DNA from: Collinsella sp.
Lineage (GTDB): Bacteria; Actinomycetota; Coriobacteriia; Coriobacteriales; Coriobacteriaceae
Assembly: GCA_018376265.1 (NCBI GenBank)
Contig: JAHABQ010000008.1
Location: 119,031 to 183,030 of the forward strand
Direction: 5' to 3'
DNA: 64,000 bases
Positions 37,976 to 48,231 of the stretch are shown here, piece after piece (positions within the stretch are counted from its first letter, which is position 1; each line of letters begins with the position of its first letter). Made by a program: the position numbers and the translations under genes. The notes beneath the pieces were generated by a model that did no database searches, had not been told where the DNA came from, and was given only the letters and a program-made list of their open reading frames with translations.

Positions 37976-38048
37976 CCTGGCGCAGCAAGGTGCTCCCCAA
38001 CCGTGATGAGGGAGCCAGGAGGTCCTGACCCCACAGGTCCATAGATGA

Positions 38049-39401
38049 TTAGGCAAGGAGCCACTTCCATGCGGGCACAACGTGGACCACACCGTGCTCG
38101 CATGAAATATCGGTCTGTTCATCCATGGTAACGATTGCCGACTCGCCAAGATCGAACTGGGCCATCGAGGCATCAAGCGCGGCAATTTCGCGCTCGCGCG
38201 TTTTCTCACGTGCCATATCCGCACTCACCTGAATCAGGCTATAAGCCCGCATGAGAAGCGCGTCCCCAGCCACAAAGTCCACCTCATGGCTTTTGCTCTT
38301 CTCTTTGATCAGCAGGCGGCAGACCGAGCCGGTCCTCACCGCGGGAGTCTTTCTTCTTAGCGCATTGAACACTGCGGTCTCGAGCCTCTGGCCCTGGTCC
38401 AATGCTGATGCGGGAGAGAATGCTCCAAACATCGCAGGGTCGACAGCGTAGACCTTAGACGCAGACCGCATGTTATTTGCCAGTGAACGCGTGAACTCCG
38501 GCACAGAAAATAACAGGTAGGCGTCCTCATAATACTCAAGTAAATCGCTAAGCGAATTACGACTGACGGGTATCTGTCTGCTCTTGAACTCGTTGTACAC
38601 TTTGTTCACTGACAGCTCTCGTCCCGAAGATGCCATACACCGCGTCAAGAACAGCGATGCCAGGCGAGGGTTCTTGACGTCGTAACGTTCAACGACGTCC
38701 ATGGCGACCGTTCGCGAAGCATATTCCTGTAGCAGCTGAATCGCGTCTGCAGGCGTCTGCTCAAGTGTCGCAATGAATCCCCCTCGTTCAAGATACCCGA
38801 TCAGATGATGTCGAAGCAGCGCTGCATCGCTCGGGGAAAAGGTCGCATCTGGCTCGAGAACGCTCCCCGTCTTATATCGAACGTATTCCGAAAAACTCAA
38901 CGGAAAAAGCTCTCGCACAAGAGAACGACCCCTGAACTCGCTCTTAAGTTCTGAGGACAGCATCTTAGAAGAAGATCCCGTCACATAGACGGTCGCTTTC
39001 TCCGTATCGACTACACGCCGCAGAAACGCACCCCATTCGGGAATTTCCTGGATCTCGTCAAAGAAAATGTAAGCGCCCTCGGTTCGAGCAACAGGATACA
39101 GCGCATAGAACGTGTCGAGCACGTCCGCCAGCAGCGATGGCTCATACGGGCGCAAGCGCTCATCCTCAAAATTGAAGTAAAGCATCCGGTCAAGCTCGAC
39201 GCCCCGGCTCTGAAGCCGCCGCATCTCCTGATACAGGCGATACGTCTTTCCACAACGGCGGGCCCCCACAATCACATTTACGATGTTGTCGCGCTTTGGC
39301 TCCTGTGGGTTTCCTAGATCAAGGTCTCGCTCAAAAACCTGCGGAACCCCCTGCTGTTCAAAGTCCTTTATTTTCTGGGCGATCAAGTCGTTGAATGCCA
39401 T
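38049..39401 (-). CDS. AAA-superfamily ATPase (COG1373-type, DUF4143-containing)
   Basis: P-loop GARRCGKT, Walker B IFFDEIQ, and the size and architecture typical of this family. Confidence 0.75.
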   Translation of the reverse strand: MAFNDLIAQKIKDFEQQGVPQVFERDLDLGNPQEPKRDNIVNVIVGARRCGKTYRLYQEMRRLQSRGVELDRMLYFNFEDERLRPYEPSLLADVLDTFYALYPVARTEGAYIFFDEIQEIPEWGAFLRRVVDTEKATVYVTGSSSKMLSSELKSEFRGRSLVRELFPLSFSEYVRYKTGSVLEPDATFSPSDAALLRHHLIGYLERGGFIATLEQTPADAIQLLQEYASRTVAMDVVERYDVKNPRLASLFLTRCMASSGRELSVNKVYNEFKSRQIPVSRNSLSDLLEYYEDAYLLFSVPEFTRSLANNMRSASKVYAVDPAMFGAFSPASALDQGQRLETAVFNALRRKTPAVRTGSVCRLLIKEKSKSHEVDFVAGDALLMRAYSLIQVSADMAREKTREREIAALDASMAQFDLGESAIVTMDEQTDISCEHGVVHVVPAWKWLLA

Positions 39402-39631
39402 GATTCTCCAATCTTGCTCTCTAGCTAATCAAAATTATAGCGATTCTTGATTAATTAGAGAGCAAGATTATGTCTGACTTGATTAACACTTAAGCAAGTT
39501 TTTTCACTATTACTGCTCGAAGGATGCCGAGTGGCTGAGAGGACAACCAAGCCCGAATGCGACTCCCTGGACAGTCGATTTGGGACGGGGCTTTTTTGAC
39601 TACCGTCCCCCTGTAGAAAAATCCCTAACGC

Positions 39632-39698
39632 AGTTGCGGTGAAATAGGGATTGTTTTTGCTGGTCAAACCGCAAAACAGTCCCTATTTCACCGCAACT
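39632..39698. repeat. 19-bp perfect inverted repeat AGTTGCGGTGAAATAGGGA / TCCCTATTTCACCGCAACT with a 29-bp spacer
   Basis: Read directly. It is followed by the tandem TTTTTGGTGGC twice. Confidence 0.85.
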
Positions 39699-39722
39699 TT
39701 TTGGTGGCCTTTTTGGTGGCAC

Positions 39723-39917
39723 TCAGCGCCAGGGGTCGGCTTCGAACATTGGCTCGCGCTCGGGGCGGCGATCGCTGTAGGGATCGTAGCCGTCATCGTC
39801 CTCGTTCTCGGCACGGATGTAGGGGTCGCGCGGCTTGGGTGCCGGTTTAGACGGAGTCTTCGGTGCGGCGGGCGCCGCCTCAGCCACCGGTGCGTTCGTC
39901 TTGTTCTCGTCTTTCAT
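39723..39917 (-). CDS. Small Pro/Ala/acidic-rich hypothetical protein (64 aa) downstream of clpB
   Basis: The ATG at 39917 lies 8 nt after AAGGAG. Composition is low-complexity, so coding status is uncertain. Confidence 0.4.
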   Translation of the reverse strand: MKDENKTNAPVAEAAPAAPKTPSKPAPKPRDPYIRAENEDDDGYDPYSDRRPEREPMFEADPWR

Positions 39918-40049
39918 CTGCATAGCTCCTTGCCATGTGCTCACGTTCAACACCATCGATTGTCGCACGAAAAAGGGCGGCGGACCCAATCGGATCCGCC
40001 GCCCTTGGCGTTCGGCTCAAAAGGCAGATTTTAAGGCATGGCCCAAAAT

Positions 40050-42677
40050 CTACTCGGCGTCGGGGACCTCGTAGGTGGCCGCCGGCGTATTGTCGCACAC
40101 GACGGTAAAGCCGCCGTCCTTGTCGACATCGACCGTCACCTGATCGCCCTCGCGCACCGTGCCGTCGATGATAGCGGCGGCGATGGCATCCACGACCTCG
40201 CGCTGGACCAGACGCTTGAGCGGACGGGCGCCAAAGACCGGGTCCAGGCCGCCCACGGCGAGCATCTGCTTGGCCGCCGGGGTGATGGCAAGCGTCATGC
40301 GCTCCTTGGCCAGACGCGCGCGGACGTCGGCGAGCTGGATATCGACGATCTTCTCGATCTGCGCCATGCCGAGCGGATGGAACACCACGATATCGTCGAT
40401 ACGGTTGAGGAACTCGGGGCGGAAGGTCTGAGCCATGGCCGCGTTGACCTGATGGCGCATCTCCTCCTCGTCCTTGCCGGAAAGCTCGGCGATGGCCTTG
40501 GAACCCACGTTAGACGTCATGATGATGATCGTGTTCTTGAAGGACACCTGGCGACCCTGACCGTCAGTCAGACGGCCGTCGTCAAGCACCTGCAGCAGCA
40601 CGTTAAAGACATCCGGATGGGCCTTCTCCATCTCGTCGAGCAAGATCACGGAGTACGGACGACGGCGCACGGCCTCGGTGAGCTGGCCGCCCTCGTCGTA
40701 GCCCACGTATCCCGGAGGCGCACCGATCAGACGCTGGACGCTGAACTTCTCCATATACTCGGACATGTCGATACGCACGAGCGCACGCTCGTCATCGAAC
40801 AGGCACTCGGCCAGCGCCTTGGCGAGCTCGGTCTTGCCCACGCCGGTGGGGCCCAGGAAGAAGAAGCTGCCGATGGGCTTGTCCGGATCGGAGAGACCCG
40901 CACGGCTGCGACGCACGGCCGCGGCGACAGCGGAGACCGCCTCGTCCTGGCCGATGACGCGCTTATGCAGCTCGCCCTCCAGGCCCTTCAGCTTGTCGAG
41001 CTCGCCCTGCATCATCTTGGAGACGGGCACACCGGTCCAAGCGCTCACGACCTCGGCGATCTCATCGGAGGTCACCTGCTCGTTCAGGCCCTCGCCGTCC
41101 TGCTGCTTTTGCGCCTCGAGCGCGGCCTCGGAATCCTGAATCTGCTGCTGCAAGCCCGGGATCACGGAGTAGCGCAGCTCGGACGCACGGCCCAGGTCGC
41201 CATTGCGCGTCGCGCGCTCCTCTTCGCTCTTGGCCTCATCGAGCTGGCCCTTGAGCTCCTGCACGTGGTCGATGGCGTTCTTCTGGTTGAGCCAGCCGGC
41301 CTTTTGCACGTTGAGCTTTTCCTGAACCTCGGCAATCTCCTGGCGCAAGGCCTCCAGACGCTCCTTGGAAGCGTCATCGGTCTCCTTCATGAGTGCCTGC
41401 TCCTCGATCTGCAGCTGGGTGAGCTGACGCGTGGTGGCATCGATCTCGACCGGCATGCTGTCGAGCTCCATGCGCAGGCGGCTTGCCGCCTCATCGACCA
41501 GGTCGATGGCCTTGTCGGGCAGGAAACGGTCGGCGATGTAGCGATCGGAGAGGTCGGCAGCTGCCACGAGCGCGCTATCGGTGATATGCACGCCGTGGAA
41601 GATCTCGTACTTCTCCTTCAAGCCACGCAGGATCGAAATGGTGTCCTCGACGGTGGGCTCGCTGACCATAACGGTCTGGAAACGACGGGCGAGCGCCGCG
41701 TCCTTCTCGATGTACTTGCGGTATTCGTCGAGCGTGGTCGCGCCGATCGCATGCAGGTCGCCACGGGCGAGCGCAGGCTTGAGGATGTTGCCGGCGTCCA
41801 TGGAGCCCTCGGTGGCACCCGCGCCCACGATGGTGTGGAGCTCATCGATGAACAGGATGACCTTGCCCTCGGATTTTTGCACTTCTTTGAGCACGGCCTT
41901 CAAGCGGTCCTCGAACTCGCCGCGGTACTTGGCGCCGGCGACCAGCGCGCTCATGTCGAGCTCGATGAGGTCGCGGTCGCGCAGGGTGCTCGGCACGTCG
42001 CCGGCCACGATACGCTGGGCGATACCTTCGACGATGGCTGTCTTGCCGACGCCCGGCTCGCCAATGAGCACGGGGTTGTTCTTGGTGCGGCGGGACAGGA
42101 CCTGGATGGTACGGCGAATCTCGTCGGTACGACCGATGACAGGGTCGAGCTTGCCGGCGCGGGCAAGGTCGCAGATGTTGCGTCCGTACTGCTCTAGTGC
42201 CTCAAACTGAGTCTTGTCCTCGGCAGACGTCACGCGGTCATCGCCGCGCAGCTCCTCATAGACCTGCTCGATGCGCTCCTTGGTCACGCTGGCATCGCGC
42301 AGCACGCGGCCCGCCTCGCCCTTGTCCTCGGCAAGCGCCATAAGCAGGTGCTCGGTCACCACAAAGCTGTCACCCATCTTGGTGGCCTTTTTCTCGGCCT
42401 TCTCGATGACACGGACGAGCTCGTTGGACAGGCCCATCTGCTGGCCCTCGCCCGAAACCTTGGGCGCGTGGTCGATGGCATCCTGTGTGGAGCGTGCAAG
42501 CTGAGCCGGGTCGGCACCGATGCGCTCAATGATCACGGAGATATTGCGCTCGCCGGCACCGAGCAGGGCAGACAGCAGGTGAATCGGCTCCACCGCGCCG
42601 GCCTGCGCGTCAGCAGCCGTGCTCATGGCGGTCTGCAACGCCTCGCGCGACGTCATTGCTAGCTTATCGATTCTCAT
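40050..42677 (-). CDS. clpB: ATP-dependent chaperone ClpB
   Basis: Two AAA modules ([16 protein letters not shown]), a long coiled-coil middle domain, 875 aa. Confidence 0.95.
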   Translation of the reverse strand: MRIDKLAMTSREALQTAMSTAADAQAGAVEPIHLLSALLGAGERNISVIIERIGADPAQLARSTQDAIDHAPKVSGEGQQMGLSNELVRVIEKAEKKATKMGDSFVVTEHLLMALAEDKGEAGRVLRDASVTKERIEQVYEELRGDDRVTSAEDKTQFEALEQYGRNICDLARAGKLDPVIGRTDEIRRTIQVLSRRTKNNPVLIGEPGVGKTAIVEGIAQRIVAGDVPSTLRDRDLIELDMSALVAGAKYRGEFEDRLKAVLKEVQKSEGKVILFIDELHTIVGAGATEGSMDAGNILKPALARGDLHAIGATTLDEYRKYIEKDAALARRFQTVMVSEPTVEDTISILRGLKEKYEIFHGVHITDSALVAAADLSDRYIADRFLPDKAIDLVDEAASRLRMELDSMPVEIDATTRQLTQLQIEEQALMKETDDASKERLEALRQEIAEVQEKLNVQKAGWLNQKNAIDHVQELKGQLDEAKSEEERATRNGDLGRASELRYSVIPGLQQQIQDSEAALEAQKQQDGEGLNEQVTSDEIAEVVSAWTGVPVSKMMQGELDKLKGLEGELHKRVIGQDEAVSAVAAAVRRSRAGLSDPDKPIGSFFFLGPTGVGKTELAKALAECLFDDERALVRIDMSEYMEKFSVQRLIGAPPGYVGYDEGGQLTEAVRRRPYSVILLDEMEKAHPDVFNVLLQVLDDGRLTDGQGRQVSFKNTIIIMTSNVGSKAIAELSGKDEEEMRHQVNAAMAQTFRPEFLNRIDDIVVFHPLGMAQIEKIVDIQLADVRARLAKERMTLAITPAAKQMLAVGGLDPVFGARPLKRLVQREVVDAIAAAIIDGTVREGDQVTVDVDKDGGFTVVCDNTPAATYEVPDAE

Positions 42678-42760
42678 GGAATCACCTCTCTTGGGGCGGC
42701 CGCCCTACGGGGCGGCTTCACGTTGTTCGAGAAGTATTGTTGCCAGCTTTGCGCGATCTT

Positions 42761-42796
42761 ATACACAAATCTAAGTCTCTATATATAAGATTTTCT
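42761..42796 (-). promoter_or_regulatory. Conserved motif upstream of clpB, shared with the dnaK upstream region (candidate HspR operator/promoter)
   Basis: ATACACAAATCTAAGTCTCTATATATAAGATTTTCT compared with ATACAAAATCTAAGTCAATTCATATAAGATTTCT at 52147-52180. Confidence 0.5.
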
Positions 42797-42855
42797 GAGT
42801 GATTGAAAGATAGGGAGCAGGTGCGCTCACCCGCTACGGCCTCGTCCCCTTACTA

Positions 42856-42955
42856 TCTCAATCTGTAACATCTAGCGGCTGTTTATGGCTCTAGATGTTA
42901 CAGATCGAGACAGACCGAAAACCACCACAAAGAGGGCAGGCACCTTTGTGGTGGT
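42856..42955. repeat. Left terminal module of a repeat-bounded cassette: 55-bp palindromic unit A (42856-42910) plus 35-bp hairpin B (42921-42955)
   Basis: Unit A is TCTCAATCTGTAACATCTAG-N15-CTAGATGTTACAGATCGAGA. Hairpin B is ACCACCACAAAG-N11-CTTTGTGGTGGT. The reverse complement of 44591-44701 shows the same order. Confidence 0.8.
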
Positions 42956-42963
42956 CGAGGTCT

Positions 42964-43673
42964 CTACTCCTTCGCCGAACCCGTACTTCCCGATTCGACG
43001 GTCCAGGGCATCTCATCCTCGAACAGCCATGTACGGGCAGACCCACTATCGCGTGCAGTCTGCGGGTCAGGCAAGCAGGTCTGTTTATAGGCATCTTGGA
43101 TACACTGACCCATAAAATCGTTGAGCTCGGTCTGGTCGCCCTCCATGACATAGGCGACATCGCCGTCCATGATGTAGATGCCCGGACCCTCATTGCCCTC
43201 GTAGCCCGGATCGTACGAGACATCACATAACTTGGCGCCGTTTGCAGTGTCCAGCTCGATGGAAGAGTGGCATCCGCAACCATGTCGTTCGCTTTTGCCC
43301 GATAGGACGCATATCCGTACCAACGCTTAAATGTTTTGCCCTTGAGTAGCTCGGACGCCCTATCGATCAGGCTTGTATCCGTGGTATAGCGCATGGCCCC
43401 AAGCTGAATACGCGGATAATTGCTAATACCCAGCACAGCCGGCTGCTCATCAAAATCAACGGTAATGGCCTCGGGCTTGTCGTCGCCGGTCAGAAGTTCG
43501 ACAGATTGAGTCACAGGCTTGACCACCGGCTCCGTCACCGCAGCAGGTAGAAATGCCATACCGACAGCGCCCGCGCCAACCACAGCGATCGCAAGCGCCA
43601 AGACAATCAATCCAATACGGGCAGAACGGCTCACGGCAAAACACCCCACAATGCAAACCTTCGCCACCTGCAC
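42964..43673 (-). pseudogene. N-terminally anchored secreted protein of unknown function, frame broken near 43265-43290
   Basis: The two overlapping minus-strand ORFs (42891-43673 and 42964-43323) are each protein-like over only half their length. Joined, they give a ~235-aa product. Confidence 0.5.
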
Positions 43674-43723
43674 TAATGATACCGCCAGCTAACACTATTA
43701 CCAAAAGAAGCCGCGCGCTCCTC

Positions 43724-43761
43724 ACCACCACAAAGGGGACAGGCACCTTTGTGGTGGTTTT
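43724..43761 (+). repeat. Hairpin B copy 2 (terminator-like, followed by TTTT) inside the divergent intergenic region
   Basis: ACCACCACAAAG-GGGACAGGCAC-CTTTGTGGTGGT-TTT. Confidence 0.8.
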
Positions 43762-43868
43762 CGACGCTAACGGTCGACCATCTCGCGCCATGAGATTAAA
43801 CTTGAATTGTTCTCTGAACATATCCATTTCTGCCTATCCTCAACAGATCTTTGTCTCGAGGAGCGCAT

Positions 43869-44537
43869 GTGAAGCCGTCTCATTCCACCGGTCGTAACGT
43901 CATCGCCATTCTCGCCATACCCATCGTGATGCTCTTCCTTATCGTCATCACGCCCTTTTCTTTTGGTATCGCCTCGCCCTTCGATCTTTGCGGGATGATC
44001 GACGCCGGCTCGCGTGCCACCTCGCTCTCCTTTGTCTGCCGTGGCGTGTTCTACGAATATGCAATTCCCACCGGAAGTTGGCAGTCCAAGTTACCGTTGC
44101 TCGGCAAGGTCGACGGATGCTCCCCCTATTTCTGCCTTGAACCTCAGGCGCTAAACTATCTAATCGACGACCAGCCACTCGACTCCATCACCCTCGCCTA
44201 CGACTACGCACCAAACACCGATGAGCGCCACATGAACCAAGTCCTCGACAAGATGCTTGGACAGTGCGGGCTCACCGAGGAGACCGGTCGAACCATCTAT
44301 AGCAACCAGAAATTAAAGCGAACAGAACTCCGCCGTGTCGGAAAAATCAAAGGGCGAAACGGGGCCGCCTACTGGGATGCCTGGGCAACACGCGACAAGG
44401 GCGAATTCGGACACAGCACCTATATGGTCACTGTCTACACCAAAGACGGAATTAAGGACAATGTTGACGATTTCGCGTCATCCAAACTCGGCATCCCCAA
44501 AACAACCAAACCCGCCAGCCCGGATGAAATTCTGTAG
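43869..44537 (+). CDS. N-terminally anchored hypothetical protein (~222 aa, Cys-containing extracytoplasmic domain)
   Basis: The GTG at 43869 lies 6 nt after GAGGAG; the track start is TTG at 43851. TM segment VIAILAIPIVMLFLIVITPF. No known motif. Confidence 0.55.
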   Translation: MKPSHSTGRNVIAILAIPIVMLFLIVITPFSFGIASPFDLCGMIDAGSRATSLSFVCRGVFYEYAIPTGSWQSKLPLLGKVDGCSPYFCLEPQALNYLIDDQPLDSITLAYDYAPNTDERHMNQVLDKMLGQCGLTEETGRTIYSNQKLKRTELRRVGKIKGRNGAAYWDAWATRDKGEFGHSTYMVTVYTKDGIKDNVDDFASSKLGIPKTTKPASPDEIL

Positions 44538-44590
44538 AGACGCTCATTAGAATGTCGTTCAACGAGCACGGCAACATCGAGCTCGCCCCC

Positions 44591-44701
44591 ACCACCACAA
44601 AGGGGACAGGAGCCTTTGTGATGATCTTCGGCCCCGGCGTTCACCATCTCGATCTGTAACATCTAGCTGCCGTTTTGGACCTCAGATGTTACAGATCGAG
44701 A
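44591..44701. repeat. Right terminal module: hairpin B copy 3 (44591-44625) plus palindromic unit A copy 2 (44647-44701)
   Basis: It is the inverted counterpart of 42856-42955. An extra half unit A lies at 44727-44743, and hairpin B copy 4 (inverted loop) lies at 44792-44825. Confidence 0.8.
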
Positions 44702-44919
44702 TGAAATGCTCAGCGGCGCCCGTTTATCTAGATCTGTAACAACTACTCGGCAAATAAGGGTCTACCTGTTACAGGACAAGACAAACCGCGGACCACCACA
44801 AAGGCGCCTGCCCCTTCGTGGTGGTTTTCGACAAAAAGAAGCCGCCCCATTAACAGAGGCGGCATCAAGCAAGTCTATTTATTAGCGTCCCTCAAGACCC
44901 AACGAAAACGTCGCGGTAG

Positions 44920-44989
44920 CCCCGGCCACACCTTTCCCTCGGGCGACCCTCGCGAAGCGCGTGAGCACGAGGGAAAGGTGTGGCCGGGG
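44920..44989. repeat. 22-bp perfect inverted repeat CCCCGGCCACACCTTTCCCTCG / CGAGGGAAAGGTGTGGCCGGGG (26-bp spacer) just downstream of the aconitase stop
   Basis: Read directly from the sequence. Confidence 0.85.
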
Positions 44990-45001
44990 CGTACAGCAGG
45001 G

Positions 45002-47302
45002 TTACTCGGCAGCGGCCTTGAACTTGTTGTAGTTGATCAGGCAGCCGGCCTTGACGATGGCACGCTCCTCTGCCGTCATATCGGCAATATAGAGCTCAAT
45101 CTGCTCGACCGTACCGTCGGCGCGAACCACGTAAGCGGCGATGTCCTTCAGGTCGCCGTCGAGCGCGGCGCGGATACCCGGCACAAAGACGTAGTCGCCC
45201 ACCTCAAAGCTGGGCTCGGCCTCCATCTGGAAGGGCACCATGCCCCAGTTCATCACGTTGGAGCGATAGCGCTTAGTGGCGTACTCGTGGACGATGTTTG
45301 CCAGACCGCCAATTACGCGCTGGCAGCTCGCGGCCTGCTCGCGGGCAGAGCCATCGCCCGGCTTCTTGGCGTAGAGCATGGAGCCGTACTCGGTTGCCCT
45401 GGCATCGGCCGCGACACCCGCGCCGGCCAACGCCTCAAACACACCGGCAAGCTCGGCATCGAGCGCGGACAGATCGCCCGCGGACTCACCGGCAACGCGG
45501 CGCTTCTCCACGGCGTCGACCTCCTTGGAGCGACCCACGTAGGCAGGGTCGCGGCGGCTGAGCGTAAACTCGGCCAGACCCAGCGGGTTGGAGCGGAAGG
45601 AGCTCGTCTCGCCCGAGGGAATGAGCTCGTCGGTCGTGGTGACCGGATCCATGATCTTGGAGCACACCTTGAGCAGGATGTCGTCGCCGAGAGGCTCCAT
45701 CGCGGGCCACGGCTTGATGTTGGGACCCTCGACAAGCTCGTCGGCAGGCTCCGCCTTGCCAAAGCCCCAGTACACACGCTTTTTGTACGGTGCGTCGTCA
45801 AAGGTGTACTCGCAGGCCTCGTCCCAAGTCTCCTCGGGCAGGTCGGTCGCCGGCGTCAGGATGCCGCCGTTGGCAGCCGTCGCCGCAATGGAGCGGGCGT
45901 CCATCAGGGCCACGGCGCTCAGCTGGCCATTACCCGGCTTGGAACCCTCGCGGTTGGGGAAGTTGCGCGTGGTGTGGCGGATGGACAGGCCGTTGTTGGC
46001 GGGCGTGTCGCCGGCGCCAAAGCACGGACCGCAGAACGCCGTGCGCACGATCGCGCCGGCCTCCATGAGGTCGTAGATATAGCCACGGCGCGTAAGTTCG
46101 AGCGCCACGGGCTGGCTTGTAGGATAGACCGACAGCGAGAACTCGCCGCAGCCGGTGTTGGCGCCCTTGAGCACGCGGGCAGCCTGGACCACGGAGTCGT
46201 AGTTGCCGCCCGAGCAGCCGGCGATAACGCCCTGCTGCACGCGCAGTTTGCCGTCGACGATCTTGTCGAGCAGGCTAAAGTGCGTCTTGCCCTCGCCGAT
46301 CTTGGCGGCCTCGAGTTCCACCTCGTGCAGGATGTCCTCGAGGTTCTCGTTGAGCTCGTCGATCTCAAAGCCGTTGGAAGGATGGAACGGCAGCGCGATC
46401 ATGGGCTTGATGCTCGACAGGTCGACCTCGACGCAGCCGTCGTAGTAGGCGACATCGGCGGGCTTGAGTTCGCGGTAGTCGTCGCCGCGGCCGTGCATGG
46501 TCAAAAACGCGTGCGTATCCTCGTCGGTAGCCCAGATGCTCGACAGGCAGGTGGTCTCGGTGGTCATGACGTCAACGCCGTTGCGGTAGTCGGTCGTCAT
46601 GCTCGCGATGCCGGGGCCCACGAACTCCATGACTTTGTTCTTGACGTAACCCTTGGCAAAGACGGCACGGATGATGGCGAGCGCCACATCGTGCGGGCCA
46701 ACGCCGGGGCGCGGGGCGCCCGTGAGGTAGATGGCCACGACGCCGGGATAGGCGACATCGTAGGTGTCGCGCAGCAGCTGCTTTGCCAGCTCGCCACCAC
46801 CCTCGCCCACGGCCATGGTGCCTAGGGCGCCGTAGCGGGTGTGCGAGTCGGAACCCAAGATCATCTTGCCGCAGCCGGCGAAGTTCTCACGCATAAAGGA
46901 ATGGATGACCGCGATATGGGGCGGAACGAAGATGCCGCCGTACTTTTTGGCAGCCGAGAGGCCAAAGACGTGGTCGTCCTCGTTGATGGTGCCGCCCACG
47001 GCGCACAGCGAGTTGTGGCAGTTGGTGAGCACGTAGGGCAGCGGGAACTGCTCCATGCCCGAGGCGCGCGCCGTCTGGATGATGCCGACGAAGGTGATGT
47101 CGTGGCTCGCCATGGCATCGAAGCGAATCTTGAGCGTCTCGGGGTCGCCGGACGTATTGTGTGCCTGAAGGATCGAATACGCGATGGTGCCGCGCTTGGC
47201 ATCCTCGGGCGTCTGCGTAATACCGCGCTCGGCAGCCTCGGCCTCAGGCACAACCTCGCTGCCGTTACGCAGGTAGATGCCGTCCTCGTACAGCTTGACC
47301 AT
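45002..47302 (-). CDS. Aconitate hydratase-family enzyme (~766 aa form)
   Basis: Fe-S ligand motifs GSDSHT and CGPCFG, followed by a swivel domain. ATG at 47302 with a GGGAGA RBS; the longer track start was rejected. Confidence 0.85.
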   Translation of the reverse strand: MVKLYEDGIYLRNGSEVVPEAEAAERGITQTPEDAKRGTIAYSILQAHNTSGDPETLKIRFDAMASHDITFVGIIQTARASGMEQFPLPYVLTNCHNSLCAVGGTINEDDHVFGLSAAKKYGGIFVPPHIAVIHSFMRENFAGCGKMILGSDSHTRYGALGTMAVGEGGGELAKQLLRDTYDVAYPGVVAIYLTGAPRPGVGPHDVALAIIRAVFAKGYVKNKVMEFVGPGIASMTTDYRNGVDVMTTETTCLSSIWATDEDTHAFLTMHGRGDDYRELKPADVAYYDGCVEVDLSSIKPMIALPFHPSNGFEIDELNENLEDILHEVELEAAKIGEGKTHFSLLDKIVDGKLRVQQGVIAGCSGGNYDSVVQAARVLKGANTGCGEFSLSVYPTSQPVALELTRRGYIYDLMEAGAIVRTAFCGPCFGAGDTPANNGLSIRHTTRNFPNREGSKPGNGQLSAVALMDARSIAATAANGGILTPATDLPEETWDEACEYTFDDAPYKKRVYWGFGKAEPADELVEGPNIKPWPAMEPLGDDILLKVCSKIMDPVTTTDELIPSGETSSFRSNPLGLAEFTLSRRDPAYVGRSKEVDAVEKRRVAGESAGDLSALDAELAGVFEALAGAGVAADARATEYGSMLYAKKPGDGSAREQAASCQRVIGGLANIVHEYATKRYRSNVMNWGMVPFQMEAEPSFEVGDYVFVPGIRAALDGDLKDIAAYVVRADGTVEQIELYIADMTAEERAIVKAGCLINYNKFKAAAE

Positions 47303-47601
47303 ACTGTCTCCCACTCTGCCCAAAAGATTTGGGCGCATAGCATACATTCGTTCAATATCGTGCCATAGAACGGTTGCGAGTGGGTTACGAATCTGCGCGT
47401 TCACTTTATCTCAGTAAAGCAAAGGACGAGCCCCTTGCATCACTCTCTGGACAAGGAGTGTCCCAAAGTGCCGGCACAAAAGGAACGTCCCCAAGTGCCA
47501 AGTGCCGCAAGAATGTCCCCTTTAACTAGTCATTTAAGAACGTCCCCAATGACCACCGCATCCGGAGCAAGGCAACGCCGCAGGTAGAGGACGGACAGCG
47601 A

Positions 47602-47701
47602 GCGACGTCCAGAGCGAACAAGTTGGCATGAAAAAGGCAAGGCATAGACCTTCTGGTCATGCCTTGCCTTTTGAATGACAAATTGTCGCTCTGGACGTCG
47701 C
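47602..47701. repeat. Nested palindrome: outer 16-bp perfect arms (47602-47617 / 47686-47701) enclosing a bidirectional terminator hairpin (47632-47672)
   Basis: Outer arms GCGACGTCCAGAGCGA / TCGCTCTGGACGTCGC. Inner hairpin AAAAGGCAAGGCAT...ATGCCTTGCCTTTT. Confidence 0.8.
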
Positions 47702-47714
47702 GCAGCGTCGAGCC

Positions 47715-47742
47715 GTTACGCCGTTCGGCAGAACGGCGTAAC
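47715..47742 (-). terminator. Hairpin immediately after the hspR stop codon
   Basis: A 12-bp perfect stem GTTACGCCGTTC / GAACGGCGTAAC with a 4-nt loop and no clear U-tract. Confidence 0.5.
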
Positions 47743-48159
47743 CTAGAGATCCCCGCCTGCGCCCAAAAGTTTGCGCATGACCTGTTCGGGGTTAACCGAG
47801 CCGTCGCGCGGGGCCAGGGCGGTGATCTTCTTCTGCATCTTGTACTCGTGCAGCTCGTCCTCGAGCTGGCGCACGCGGGCGCGGAGCTTTTCGTTCTCGC
47901 GCTCGCGCTCCTCGGCACGCTCCTTCATATCGAGGATGCGCACCACGCCGGCAAGGTTGATGCCCTCGTCGGTCAGCTGGTTGATGAGCTCCAGGCGCTC
48001 GATATCGGCACGCGAATACAGACGCGTGTTGCCGCCCGAGCGCTGGGGGTTCACCAGGCCCTTGGACTCGTAGACGCGCAGAGTCTGCGGATGCATGCCG
48101 GTCAACTCGGCCGCCACGCTGATCATGTACAGCGGTTTATTCCTATTGTCCTCGGCCAT
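47743..48159 (-). CDS. hspR: MerR-family heat-shock repressor HspR
   Basis: HTH YMISVAAELTGMHPQTLRVYESKGL. It is the last gene of the dnaK-grpE-dnaJ operon, as in other Actinobacteria. Confidence 0.9.
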   Translation of the reverse strand: MAEDNRNKPLYMISVAAELTGMHPQTLRVYESKGLVNPQRSGGNTRLYSRADIERLELINQLTDEGINLAGVVRILDMKERAEERERENEKLRARVRQLEDELHEYKMQKKITALAPRDGSVNPEQVMRKLLGAGGDL

Positions 48160-48231
48160 GCTACCTGACCCCTTTCCGTCTCGTTATCGTCCATCATAAG
48201 CCCGCGGGCGCGGGTGTGCGCCACGACCGCC

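Noticed and set aside
42856-44825. Possible CRISPR array, suggested by the repeated hairpins ACCACCACAAAG...CTTTGTGGTGGT
   Set aside because: Spacing is irregular (about 0.2 to 0.9 kb). The repeats flank or follow genes, several carry T-tracts like terminators, and no cas genes are present.
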